Positions 32,001-47,152 of a DNA stretch of 64,000 nucleotides are shown here, piece by piece. Where the stretch lies: the NCBI GenBank assembly GCA_964016885.1, contig OZ024743.1:6758001-6822000 (forward strand), given 5' to 3'. The stretch comes from Eledone cirrhosa. Its lineage: Eukaryota. The translations under genes and the position numbers were made by a program. Position 1 is the stretch's first letter; each line of letters opens with the position of its first letter. Under the pieces are notes generated by a model that saw only the letters and a list, made by a program, of their open reading frames with translations, made no database searches and was not told the origin of the DNA.

Positions 32001-35000
32001 GAAAACAAGCCAAAATCAGTTCTGTGTATGAGAATCAAGGTCCTCTGACCTGATCTCTCACAAAAGGACTGCCGTCCTACCCATGTTACCATGGAAAATG
32101 GACATTAAACAGTGATGATGAATGAAAATTATGATATTTATTCAATGATTTGCTAACACAATTTTTAACTCTATAATTCTCACACCTAAACTTATTTGTT
32201 GCACTTCATTTTTCTCTTCTTTTAATTTGCACTATCTCACCATCAGTGTGTTAACCCTTTAGCCTTTAAACCGTTATAGGGTTAAATAATTCTGGAACTC
32301 TCCAACTACCAGCCTGCAGCATTTCAAACTTAACATCACCACCACTAATCTTACTCTGTTATCACGAGCCTGAAGAATCTTTAGAAACTGTCAATCCTTC
32401 TCAAATTAAAAAAACCAAATGTTGTATTTCATCATTATCATCATGATTTCTATGTACATTCTTTCATGCTAGATGGGTGAAGCTGAAAATGGTAGATATC
32501 AATCAGGAGCCACAAGGAGAGATAATGCTTAGCAATAGATGGTAACCACATCTGGTTCATATATTCTGTTTTTGTTTTGGCTTGGCCTTCCCAGCCAGTT
32601 GTCTTTCCAAACCTTAACCTAACATTTTATTGTAGTAGAAGGTGGGGCATGTCCGGCTTTCCATGTTGACAAGGGTTGCACAGAGAGGAAGGACATTGAA
32701 CTTTGTATGTTGACATGGGGAGGGGGTGAAATTATGCCTCAAGACTCATTAAAAAGCTGAGTTCTTTTAATTTATGGCAAAATAAAATCCCCAACATTGA
32801 TGTCAATCCTGTGTAAACAACTATGATAGCTAAACTACGTTAAATGTCTAAAAAACAACCACATTTCTCTTAAATCACACCCTACTATCTTAAAAAAGAA
32901 AGGAAATATTGGATAAAGTAGTCCTAGATATGCAAAATGATAGGATAATTCTGGTTGGAATGCCCTTAATCTTAGGTCTTTTCAATCATGGCTGACTGGG
33001 CTTAACAACAACAACCATTTAAACATTATTTCCAAAAGATTTTATTATAAAATATAATTACTCACGAAAATGTCATAGTGTCTATCAAGTTATCCATAGC
33101 CTCCATTTGTGCATCTGTGAAAGAATTTAAACTTAACATGAATATATATATCATAACATTTAACACTTCCTTGATTTATGTGTATATCAATTAAAAAATG
33201 GCAGCTAACATTACCTAAACAACATTAAATAAGGGAGCTTCTAGGCAGTCATTTGACCAGCTAGAAATAAGCCAAACTCCCTCAAATTAAACCCTACCAT
33301 CTTAAAAAGAAGGAAACAGGATGGCCATGGTTGTAGCTCCTTTGATCAAAGGTATATTAATCTATGGCTAATCTGGGACTAAACAACATCAACAACACCA
33401 AAAGATTATAAATTCACCTGTTGGTTTGAACTTCTTAGGAGCACTAATTCCATCTACTGGAAGTGAGTCAAATTCATAATTAAGTACGTCTTCAAAAAAT
33501 GGTAATTCATAATATATCATACACTATGGAATTAAAAGAAAAATAAATCAAATTACATATAAACCACAATAAAAAGATAAATAAAATTAGTGTGAACATG
33601 TTGCAGAAATTAAATAAGCTATGAAAGTGTTGTTTGCCAGAGTAAAATACAGAAAGAACTTATAGTTTAAGTTTACTTCATGCTCTGTAAGTATTCAAAG
33701 ATTAAGAACAACAAATGCTTGGACACTGCTGGCTATATTAGATTGTGCTATGTAAGTAATTTAATTCAAGCAACAGAACTGGTGATAAGTGTTAGAAGTA
33801 CAGGATAGGCAAAATTTTAGGTATAAATAGCCATATTTACAATGGATAGATTATTTGATAGTTGAAGGCGCATGGCTTAGTGGTTATAGCATTGGGCTTG
33901 CAATTGAAAGGTTGTGAGTTCAATTCTCGGACTGGGTGATGTGTTGTTTCCTTGAGCAAGACACTTTATTTCACATTGCTCCCTTTACTCAGCTGTAGAA
34001 ATAAGATGATAGGACTGGGGTTCCTATCATTCCACTGCAAAGTGGTCGTGGAGGTGCCACAGCAAAAAAAGCACACAGCCCACACTGTAAAGTGGGCGAG
34101 TAGGCACCACGGAAAAAAAGCACCCAGCACTCACTGTAAATGAGGTTGGTGTTAGGAAGGGTATCCAGCTGTAGAAATCAAGCCAGAATCAGTTCCCGTA
34201 TGAGCAAGACAAGGTCAGTCGACCGGACACTGCCCACAACAGAACAACCCGTCTAACCCATGCTAGCGTGGAAGAACGGACATAAAACAGTGATGATGAT
34301 GATGATGATGATGTATGGGAAGTGAGACACTGTATAGAAGTGATGTGTGGACACCTAAATATTAATGAATATGAGAGACATTAGTCTATGTATGAAAGAG
34401 TGGTCACACAATAGAATGGAAATGTAATTTGACTAGATGACATATGCTTGGTAAAAAAAGTACTAGAAATTGGATAACAATATTAGAAATGGTGAAGGAC
34501 AGAACAGAGGAGACACACAAAATAAATTAGTCACTGAGGAGGTCACAGGATGTGTGACGAAAGAGCTTTGACAAAAAACAAAGAACCATCCGGTTATTAA
34601 ACCAACAAACTGGAAATTTGTTATAAATTGAAGTAAAAACCATCAGGTGCATGTGTTTCTACAAGCAGCATGACCCTCCCAAAGTATAATAATATCTGTT
34701 TCAACACATATTTTCAGATAAGAAATCTTGCAAAACAAAGACAAAACCGAAACATTAAAGACCTTCCCACCTAAAGAAAATGGCCCAAAATGAAGTATTT
34801 ACACTAGACCTTAAAAAGTTAAGTCTCACAGATGAAATAATATAAGATTATGTCATCATTGCTTTAACATCTGCTTTCCCTGCTAGCAAGGGTTGGACAG
34901 GTCTACATAGACCAAGCTATTATGTCTATGGATAAATTTTTATTTAAGATCATGTATATGCATAAATTTATAATTCCAATACAGAGAAACAGAGCTGATA

Positions 35001-38000
35001 ACAAAGAATAATTCTCTCTTACCTCATAATCATTTTTGATATGTGGTTTAAGACAACCAATGCGGGGTCCTGAACGTGCATCATAAACTCTTCTCACAAT
35101 AGCAATCAAGTCAGTTTCGAATAAAGCATTAACCAAAGCTGAGAAAGCAACAGATATTACCTATAGGAAGAAACAAAAAAAAACTAACATTCGCATATTG
35201 TATTCAATAAACTAAAAGAATAGTTAACAAAACTCAAAAATTCTTTAATAATTTGAGATTAAGATAAGGACAAAAAGAAAACTGTGTAATATGTATGAAG
35301 GGAAATTATTTAAATGTATATTGATGCCTACATACAAATTTTTAACCCTTTTATGACAGTATTTCAAACACGCTATTTCAATCAATTAATGAAGAATTTT
35401 GAAGGATTTAATAAATGTATTAATTATTTCATTACTCAGATACTAACATAACATGGTTCTAATGTAAAATCATGTTGGAAGATTTTAATTTAACCCTTTA
35501 GCATTCATATTACTCTATATATACTATTGTATACTATATATACTATTGTATTTTTATCACACATAATATCGAAGCTATAAGATTTTGATATACTTATTTT
35601 AAGGTAGTGTTCTTGAAATAAATAATGAGTGGCCAGTTATGGCCGGTCTGAGCAGAAAGGAGTGAGAGAATTCTAGCCGGATATGGCCGGTTGAAATGCT
35701 AAAGGGTTAAATAGAAACCCTTTAATTTGAGTGGTTTTGTTTTATAGAACCAGGGGTGATTTTGGTCAAGTTGGTACAAAAGGGTTAAGAAAACACAGTA
35801 AGAATTTGATTATCATTATATATATAACTATATTGAGGCATATAGTTACAGCCCCTCACATTCTGTGTTCAAATCCTGCCAAAGTTAGCTTCACCTTTCA
35901 TCCTTATGGGGTCAATAAAATAAAGTAATAGTAATGTACTGGGATCAATTTAATTGACTTTTCCCTCCCCAAAAATTGTTGGCTTTGTGCCTAAATCAGA
36001 AACTATTATTATTATATTAATATATTTATATATAACTTTATAGTTAATTTTTCATGTTAGCAAATTTTGGACTTCAGCTTTACTTAAGTTCTTGGCGACT
36101 TTAAGATGGTATTTTAAAATAATAATAATGAAAATTATTGTGTACAGTGCTCAGGTGCACTACAACTCATCAAAGGTGCATGTATAGTACATAGAATAAT
36201 TGTTTCTACTTTGGGCACAAGGCCAGCAATTATCCCAGTGCATTACTTTATTTTATCAACCCCGTAAGGATGAAAGGCAAAGTTAACCTCGGCGGGATTT
36301 GAACTGCCAATCCACCGCCCTCTCACAATAGTACATAGAATAATGTACAAATGTCAGGAAAGTGAACAGTGTATGAGTCATGATATACACACAGTGTATG
36401 TGTATGGAGGGGGAGTATCAGGTGTAGTGTTGGCGAATTTCAGGAAGAATGGAAGTTTTGAAGGATACAGTGTCCCGACAGCTAACAACTGATGCAGGTA
36501 GTTTGTTTCATGCTTCAGCAACTTTGAGCGTGAAAAGATGTTTCCAAAAGTCATGGGAGCTGATATCTTGATCATCAGAAAGTGATCATATCATTGTGAA
36601 ATGAAAAATATTTAATTTTCTATATATTCCAACAGATATATTTAACCCTTTTGATACTAAACCACCCTTAGTTCTATGGAACAAAACGGATCATTTTATT
36701 GTGTTTATACTTATATTAATACCTTCCATCATAATTTTATGAAAGAACTTTTTAAGCAATGCTCCAAATATCAGCTTAATAATGAAATATTTGGGTATTT
36801 TACAAAATTCATTGACATTTTTTATTATTTTCAAAATAACTAAAATACATAGGTAATGTCTTTCATTTGAAATATGCTAATGAAAGGGTTAAATAACATA
36901 CCAAACATGTTATTTAATTACTTTTACTCTTTCTCAAGAATGTATAATTGATTTTTTTATTTAGATAACATCAATTAATCCTTTTGATAACAAATTACCT
37001 AAAACCAACCCTCGTTCACCTATACAAAATTGTTTATTTTGAAATGTTTATATTTATCTAAAAACCTTCCCATGAAGAATCTTTAAGTTATGCTCGAAAC
37101 ACCAGTTTTAAAATGAGTAAGTTGCTTAAATCCCTCCAAATCTTTATTATTTTGAAAATGAACTGAAAAATCATCAGCAGTGTCTTTTGTTAGAAATATG
37201 GTAATGAAAGGGTTAAAGAAATAATAGAATAATTAGAAAAATCTGGTGGAGATATTCTATTGGAGGTCAATAAAATAAGTTAATGTTTCTCTCTAAAAAT
37301 GAAAGGCAGATTGTATGATGCCTGTATACGAACAGCAATGCTACATGGCAGTGAGATATGGGCATTGTGTGCAGAGGACCTGCACAGACTGGAAAGGAAC
37401 AAAGCAAGCATGCTCCATTGGATGTGTAATAGTAATATACGTGAACGGCAAAACATAAATGAACTAAGTGAGAAATTAGGAATAAGAGGGATCAGATGCT
37501 GTTTACTTGAGAGAAGACTACGTTGGTATGGTCACGTGATGCGTATGAAAGACGACAGCTGTATAAAAAAGTGCAGGGCGATCAAAATTGATGGAAGTTA
37601 CAGAGTAGGTAGACCCAGAAAAACCTGGGACGATCTGATAAATTCCGACCTTACACACTTACATCTCTCTAAGACAATGTCACTGGACCAAGATCTTTGG
37701 CACCACGCAGTAATACAGAAGACCCGCCTTGCCTATGTACAAAGTGAAACCTACAGTCAATAGGCACCTCTTAACCAAATATACACACCAATCCACTACC
37801 CTTACTCCATCCTCCCATTTCCACCAACACCACCCTTTCTCTATAAAGTTATGTTGGTACGACAACATCCAGTCCAAATAAATGAGATAATGAGATCGTG
37901 TAGGTGTCACGACAAAAATACCCACAGCCCACGCTGTAATGTGGCTATGTAGGTAACACAGTAAAAAGTTCCCAGTCCACACTGTAAATGTGGTTGATGT

Positions 38001-41000
38001 TAGGAAGGGCATCCAGCCGTATAAAACCTGCCAGATAGTCCTATATGAGCAAGACACGGTCACCCGACCAACCTTGCCTCAAATTGGGACAACTCCCGTC
38101 TAACCCATGCTACCGTGGAAGATGGAAGTTAAACGATGATGATGATGTAAGCGTGGAAAAACAGACATAAAAATGATGATGATAATGAAACATGTTTTGA
38201 GAGAAAAAAACTGACTTGTCTGATGGAAAACACTAAAATGTTGTATGTTTAGAAATGAAAATGGTTTCTTTAAAGATAGTAATAATTACAAAAATATTAA
38301 ATAATTAATAACATACTTGATTGTTTGGTTCTGATGTCACATACATGGTATTATCTGCCATATAACTATAAACTGGAGCCTGCAACAAAGAAATCAATGT
38401 AAATAATTTCATACTTTATAAATTTCCCTTAAACCTTTAGCATTTACATTACTCTATATTTACTATTGTATTTTAACGGTAAAGGCTTTACCTCACATAA
38501 TTATTTCACATAATATCATTTATTTTGAGAACAATACCTTAACATCGGTATGAGCAGTCACTTATGGATGGTTTGAACAGAAAGAGGTGAGAGAATTCTG
38601 GCCGGATATGGCCGGTTTGAATACTAAAGAGTTAACTAACATTATGAAAGAATCCAGCTAAGGACAAAGGTATTAAACAAATTATTATTATCATTATTAT
38701 GATTACTAGTGGATTGGCAGAATCGGTAGAGCGTCAGAGTATATGCTTAGCATCATCGAGTTATGGCTCTTTGCATTCTGAAGTTAGCTTTACTTTTCAT
38801 CCTTACAGGGTTGATAAATTAAAGTACCAGTAATGTACTGGAGTCAATCTGATCGACTCCCCCCACAAATTGTTGGCCCTGTGCCGAAATCAGAAATCAT
38901 TATTATGATTGCTAGTTGTAGCCTGGATTTTCCTTAGGACATACAAAGCATTCCACAGACATATGTCCCCATAATGTAATTATCAGGAAGATTCAGTGTG
39001 ACATAGTAATATGACAAGGCTGACTTTTTGAATTACATGTACAACACATATTTTCCAGCTGAGTGGACTGGAACAATGTGAAATAAAGTTTCTAGCTCAA
39101 GGACACGACACACTGCCTGGAACAGAACTTAAGATCTTACGATTATGGGACAAACACCCTAACAACGAAGCTATACACTTTTACAACAGAGTATAATGAC
39201 AAGTTACAAATAGTTTTCAATGAATGTTTCTTTATATACTTACGTTTTCTTTGGCTGTAAAGCCAAGTACTTTGAAACATTTTGTACACTTATACTTTTC
39301 ACCGTCTTCAGAGACCGGAACAAGAGTAGAACCATAGTAATAAGCTTTGGAAAAACAAAAATATTACTTAAATTTACAACACAATAGAATAATATGTTAC
39401 ATTATTTTACAGAATTATATTATATTTAAGGGCGGTGGATTGGCAGTATTGGTAGAGGGTCAGTATAGAGATACGGCCCTTTACAGTCCGAGTTCAAATC
39501 CCGCCGAGGTCAATTTTGTCTTTCATCCTTATGGGGTTGATAAAATAAAGCGCCAGTAATTCACTGAGATAATTGCTGGCCTTGTGCCAAAAGTAGAAAC
39601 AATTATATTAGGAACGAAATAATCATTTGAGTAAATCCTTCAAAATTCTGCATTAATTATTTGAAAGAAGCTATATTTTATTATAAATACAGTATGAAAT
39701 GGTGAAAAATTGAAGTTTGTTTAAAATTGAAATTACAAAATTACCTTGAACTGTTTCCGTGTAATCAATTTCAGTTTCATTTTCATCATTTAAGTGTAAA
39801 GTTCTCGATTCTTTGAATAAAGTTGCTGGATCATTAGCATAAACTTTCTTCCAGCTCTGAGAGATCTTGTAAGATTTCAACTAAATGATACAATATAAAA
39901 ATAAAGTTGACTGACATTCAAATAACTGAAATATTTGTCAATTTGGTGGAGCTATTGAATCTGTAGATTGGCAGTATCGGTAGAGAGTCGGACGCCATGC
40001 TGTGAGCATAGAGTTTCGTCCCTTTTTGATCTGAGTTCAAATCCCGCCAAGGTTAACTTTGCTTTTCATCCTTACGGGATCGAAAAAATAAAGTACCAGT
40101 AATGTACTGGGTAGTTGCTGACCTTGTGCCAAAAGTAGAAACAATTATAACTGTACAGCCTTTTTATCCATCTGTCACCAAATGCTATGATCTGTCAAAA
40201 AACGTTCTAAAATTTTTATTTAAAACTCATGGAACCAGTGCCAGATTTAATGGGGAGCAAAATGGGCACCTCTGTTGGGGCCACCTCTAACCTGAAGTGC
40301 CCCATTTAGAAAGGAATAAATATTAATTTAAGGAGTCATAATATTGATATGGAGTTGACAAGTTGCTGATATATTTGGGTGCTTGTAATCATCATCAATA
40401 ATTAGCATTTAGTTACCACTGTCCCTCTACTCACATCCTATCACTCAGTTCCCCCTTCTCACTCACAGCTATTGATAGTGGGTATGAGGGGAAGTAGAAA
40501 AGCAACATAAGCAGCATAATGAGATAGTAATAGGGATGTGTGATGGTAGGAGAGAACAAGTGATGGATAGCAAGAGATATTGATATGAATGTGAAGGGAG
40601 AAACAGCGTGATATCATGGTATATAGAAAAGCAGTGGTAGCTACATGTTGGTTGTTGGTAGTGGGTAAGAGGTGAAACAGAAAAGTAACATGAACAGTAT
40701 GATGGGATAGCAATAGGGATGTGTCATGGTAGGAAAGAGTGATTGATCAATAGCAACAGAGAAGTGTGATGTTGAGAGTGATGTCGGCTTAGAGTCACAT
40801 GGAGGAGAGAGATTGATGGCAGCAATAGGTGTCAGTAACAGATTTGGGCACAATTGATTGATATCAGCAAATATGGGTAATAAATAGAGAAGGCAAAATT
40901 TCATGCCCAAATTAGATCATTACCTTAATGTAACCACAAATTGGAATTGAAATGTTGCTACCAATATCCAAAGTACATTTCCAAGCTGTTGCTTTAGAAT

Positions 41001-44000
41001 TGTGTTTTGTAAAGATACCTGGTTTAGACAATGATTCTCTGCAAGAAATATAAACAATTAAATATATAAGATATGTAAAAAACTAGAAAATGCTTTAAAA
41101 TAATTAAATTACTTGAATGATTTGCTTCTTCTTCTTCTTCCTGAGTGGATGGGGGGGGGGGGGGGGGGGCAGAGACCTTAAACACTCTTTTCAGCAGGTC
41201 CTCTCAGAAGCAACTGTCTCCAACTGATCCAGCTGGGTCCTCAAGCGAGACCAGCCAAGCTCATGAATGTTATCCAACCATCTTGCTTGGGGTCTACTGC
41301 CGATTAGTTATTCTCAGAAAATCTGTCCAGTGATTCTTTCCTGAAACATTCTAACCACATGACAATAATATTGGAGTTGTGATCCCTCAATTTGGAGAAG
41401 TAGTGACTCTACCTGGAGTGGATCTCTGATTCTGAGTTATGCACTCTATCGAGTAACATTTGTCACATCTATGAAAAATGCCTTCAAAGCAACACAAAGC
41501 TCATAAGAGTGGATGATTAGCTTTGGATCATTATCACGATCGTCATCATTTCATGTCTGTTTTCCCTGCCCAACTCAGTACTCAAGTAGAGTCACTGACC
41601 TCTCAGATTACCAGGGTCCTGCATCTTATATATGTTCCCAACTGAGCGCTAGGAGAGGCTGGGGCTGCACATTTTGCTTACATGCGTTCCCGCACTCTAC
41701 AGAGTGCATTTCATCGAGGCACCAGCACTATAAAATAATGATTAATCCATTGAATTTATAACTAATATGAAAAATCATTAGCATTAATGACAATTCTTAT
41801 CAAGAGGAGCCAAGTGTGAATTTCGCGCAGTTATTATATAGAGGGCAATCCCAAAAGTAAGGTCTCCTTCAGAGGAAAACATGCGTAAATATCGGCGGAT
41901 CACTCTGGATGCTCTCTGCATTTTGGTTCCTGAGGTTTCCCAAAACACCATCCACAGGATTTTATCGGAAGTTGCAATATTGGAAGGAGACCTTACTTTT
42001 GGGATTGCCCTCGTAGATACATACAGTGAAAAGTGAGGTTATTCTTTGATGGTTAGGGTGACCACTCTGGACATCTTTTGATCTTATTAGACCTCTTCAA
42101 CAAAGCATAGTCTAACATAGAACTACTAGATTTAGAATAACTTGAAGAAGATATGTTTTGAGTGAAAGCATTCACTAATTAAGCAATTTACAATAATGAT
42201 AATGTCATTATTTTAGATAATAAAAAAATGTTTAAATATGCACCAACATATTGATGGTATCAATGATAGAGAGAGACAGAGAGAAGCAATGAGGAAAAAA
42301 TGATATTCTGCTTTAGAAGTAAAACAAATGAAACTTTACTCACTGAAAAGAGTAATGGTGGCCGTCAACCATTGTATATATTTGTTTGATAACTTCTTCT
42401 GCCTTTTTATGTTGCTCAGATTGAACATCATTGCCATCACCAATACACTTTGGGCTTCTTTTTATTCAGAAAAGAAAAAAACAAAATGAAATAGATTAGC
42501 TTATAAATCAATCATAGGCCATAGTATCTAGAATAAGGACGGGTTGGAAGAAGTTTTGGGAGCTGCTTCCTCTGCTGACGAAGAGGGGTTTCTCCCTGCG
42601 TACGAAAGGCCGGTTATAAGATGCCTGTGTGAGGAGCGCGATGCTGCATGTTAGTGAGACATGGGCAGCAACTGCAGAGGATATGCGACGGCTGGAGAGA
42701 AATGAGACAAGCATGCTCCGCTGGATGTGCAGTGTCAATGTGCGTGAACGACCCAGCTTGAATGTGTTGAGAGAGAAACTGTCTGAGAGAGATAGAATGT
42801 AGTGTACGGGAGAGAAGACTGAGGTGGTATGGACATGTGATGCGCATGGAGGATGACCGATGGGTGAAGAAGTGCCAGGAAATGCCAGTTGGAGGAAGAC
42901 GTGGTAGAGGTAGACCACGAAAAACATGGGCGGAGGTGGTGAGAGCAGACCTCAGATCGCTGAAGCTCACGGTAGAGATGACGAAGAACCGTGACAAGTG
43001 GAGAGATGCTGTGCTGAATAAGACCCGTCCCACCCTTGCAAGCAGGGAAAAGCGGACGTAAAATGATGATGATGATGAACATTATCAAACTGGGTCTTCT
43101 GAGCCTTTTTACCAAACCAACTAACATTACAAATTCCTAACCCTAAATATGTCACTTTTTATTATTTTCCTTTTCCAATCACTCTTAACCCTTAACACCA
43201 TGTATTAATTTATAAGAAAATGTTTGTCTTTACAAGTGGTCAGGACATTGTGAAAAGTTAGTATTAGACTAAAAACTTGAATTTTTAATATGACACTGTT
43301 TGATACTTTTGAAGAATGTCTTATTAATGCAGTTTCATAAAGTACAAGGTATTAAGTGTTAAGAAGCATATATACAAATATACAAGAATTGCAATAAATT
43401 CAATAAGTGACACTAAGAATATAAAAACAACTAAATCTAAAATATTACTTATCTATGGAGGAAAAGTCAACCTTCTTCTCAGAAACAGATATGAGTAAAA
43501 ATACCAAATTTGTTATACATACTTAGTAAACTGCTTATTTAACCCTTTACTATTTACATTATTCTATATTTACTATTGTATTTTCATGGTAAGCACTTTA
43601 CGTCACATAATTATCTGACGTAATATTGAATCTATAAGATTTTGATATTATTTATTTTGAGAACAATTTATTAACATAAGTATGAGTAGTTGATTATGGC
43701 CAGTTTGAACAAGAAAGAGATGAGAGAATTCTGGCCTGTATGGCCAGTTTAAATGCTAAAGGATTAAAATTGGATCAAGAAAATTACTAACCCATTACAA
43801 AATTCCTTTGAGCACTATCATGCCTCATATCTCAATACCTTGCCTACCTCAACAAGAAAAATGTATCCATCTTCAAACTACTTCCATCTACTATTATTAT
43901 AATTGTCACGGTGGATTGGTAGTATCGGTAGAGGGTCGGACGCCATGCTTTGACGCATAGAGTTACCTCCCTGTATGATCCGAGTTCAAATCCCGCCGAG

Positions 44001-47000
44001 GTTAACTTTGCCTTTCATCTTTACGGGGTCGATAAAATAAAGTACCAGTAATGCACTGGGTAATTGCTGGCCTTGTGCCAAAAGTAGAAACTATTATTAT
44101 AATTGTCACAAGGCTGGTGGATTGGCAGTATCAGCAGAGTCAGACAACAGGCTTCGCAGCATATAGCTATGGTCCTTTACGTTCTAAGTTCAAATCTCAC
44201 CAAGGTTAGCTTTGCCTTTCATCCTTACGAAGTCGATAAAATAAAGCACCAGTAATGCACCAGGGTCAATTTAATTGACCCCCCCCCCCAAACCAGCTTC
44301 AAATTGCTGGCCTTGTGCTTAAAGTAGAAACAATTATTATAATGGTCACAATACTTCTGAAATTAGCTGCTCTATATTACCCAAATTAAATTCACTTCCA
44401 TCACTAACATTAACATTCTAATTACAAACCCTCTATCCTTGTTCATTTTTTTCATTAATATTAACAACTTCATTATTAACAGTACCACCTTCACATAATT
44501 ATACCAACCCTCCAATCCAGGAGAGCAAAAGTTAACCTCTGCTTTTTTTTTTTTATTCTAACTCAAACTAACAAATAAAATCAAGATGTATTTGCAATTT
44601 TAACAAATTTAATTTAATAAATAGAAAATATAAATAACATACATCATATTAAATACTATTCCTTGCTTTTTCATACTAGACATAATATTGTCAATTTGGT
44701 CATCCACAAATGAACACATCAAACTCGATAACAAAATAATGTGTCGATGCTTAAATCCAGTTTTAGATCTAAAAGAAAATAAAACTTATTAAATATTATT
44801 ATTATAAAAGATATTACAATGAATTAAATTTTTATTTTAACCCTTTTGCTACCATATTTTAATGAAAGATACTGCCTATAATTTTCAAATAATTCTGAAA
44901 ATAATCAAGACTATGGTGTGATTTAGTAAAATAACTTTTTCATTATTAAGCTGGCATTTGGAAAGTAACTTCACAAAGGTTCTTACATAAATCTATGATA
45001 GGTTTTTAGATCTATATAAATACTTTAACATAAACTAATTTTGTATTGGAGAGGCATAGGTAGTTAAAAATCAAAAGGGTTAAATGGAATTTTGTTCAAT
45101 TATACACAAAAAAATCACAATATTATAATTAAAGTTTGAAGTCTTGAGTAAATAGTTAAATGTTTCATCCTGGAACAAACTACATCTGCAAATTAATAGT
45201 CTGATGCCTTATCCATTCATCCATTGCACCTTGCAATATATTTCAAATCCACTTCCCATTTTTAAATATAATGGAATTTTAATCAGAGAAAATATGAGAC
45301 AGTGAGAGCAGGCAAGGTTGTGTGGTTAAGTAATTCACTTTGTAACCACATGATTAGGAGTTCAGTCCAACTACATGACAAATTAGACAAGTCTCTTCTA
45401 CTAGAGCCTTGAATTAACTAATGCCTTATAAGTGAAATTTGGTAGATTGAAACTGTTAAACCATGTTATGTGTATATCTGTTGTGCTTCGGTTTATGTCC
45501 CATAATTTAACATTTCACATAAAGAAATCAATAAAATAAGTACCAGACTTGAAAAAATTAAATACTGGGGTCTATATGATGGGCTAAATCGGCGGTTACC
45601 AACCAGTGGTCTACGAGAAAATTTTGGTGGTCCGCAGGATTTAAAATTATGAATTTAGTGGTCCATAAGGTCCGAAAGGTTGGTAACCGCTCGGCTAAAC
45701 CCCTTCATCACAGTGCCTCAGCATGGTGACTGTCTAATTACTGAAATCTATAAAAGAATAAAGAATACTGGAAAAAACATTGGTACTTACTCTAAATTTG
45801 TCTGAAGATGATCCATGGCTACAATCAATGCATCAATGACTAATATCTGTCAAGGACTATTATCAAATATTTTAAAATGTAACTTCCAAAAATTTTAATT
45901 CAAATTTATTATTTTATGATCTAAAATCAAATTAGTTATCCTCATTGTATAAATAGCATTTCACAACCAGTCTTGAGTTCTATACCACTACATGGTACCT
46001 TGAGCAAGTGTCTTCTACTATATAGTCTAAGCCAAACCAATATCTTGTAGACAAACACTGTAAGAAAGTCTATCATGTGTATCTATCTAGATATATATAT
46101 ATATATATATATATATATTTCGTTTCTGAATTTGTTTAACAAGATTCTTTATCTGAAAACGTGTGTTGAAACCGATATTGTTATACTTTGGGAGGGTCAT
46201 GTTGCCAATAAGAAACACACGCACCAGTTGCTTTCACTTCAATTTATTATAATAAATTTATAAATTTAGGAATTTATAAATTTCCGGTTGGTTGGTTCCA
46301 CAACCAGATGATTGTTTATATATTGTCAAAGTTCTTTCGTCACACATTCTGTGACCTCTTCAGTGACTGGGGATTCTTTTCTTTGTTTTTGTGCCTTTCC
46401 TTTGTTCTGTCCTACGCCATCTTGTTTTTGTGTGTGTGTTGTGTGCTTAGTTTGCGCATGTGTTACATCCAAGTGTCTGTGTGTGTTTATATTCGTTTAT
46501 TTATTTGTTTATTTACATGTTACTGGTTGGTTGTTTGTTCTATGTGCGTGCGTGTTTTCATTTTGTCCTTAATTGTAAGTTGTGATGTTGCTGTTCCATT
46601 CATGTTTTCTATTTAATTTTGGTTGGAGTTCATTTATGTTTATTGCCTCTGTGATTTTTCTAAACATTGCGTCTTTTCTGTGTGTAGATTCTATTTTTAT
46701 TTCTGTTCTCTAATTTACCCTTATGTTCTATTTTAGCATGTTGGTAGAGTACAGATGATTCTTTACTATCTTGAAGGTCTCGCCAGTGTTCATTTATCCG
46801 TTCCCCTATACTACGAGCTGTCTCACCTATGTACACTATATTTTTATCTCTACATTGTCCTTCGGTACATATTATGCTATACACTACATTTCTAGTTTTA
46901 CAGTTAATATGGGGGCTTAATTTACAGATTATACATTTCTTATCTATACAGGGAGGTCTTTGAAAAGGGTATGTATTGCTAATAAGTGTTTTTATGGAGG

Positions 47001-47110
47001 TACCTGGTCTTTCTACTATCTTAATATTGAGTTTATGTTTCTCTAGGGCCCTTCTAAATTTGTAAGCTAATTCACCTCTAGGGGTTGTATCGATGAACAT
47101 TACACTCTGG

Positions 47111-47152
<42 letters not shown>

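Noticed and set aside
46150-46175. Hammerhead ribozyme in the Penelope terminal repeat (ctgaaaacgtgtgttgaaac)
   Set aside because: The core deviates from CUGANGA and I could not build stems I and III; an Infernal search would be needed.
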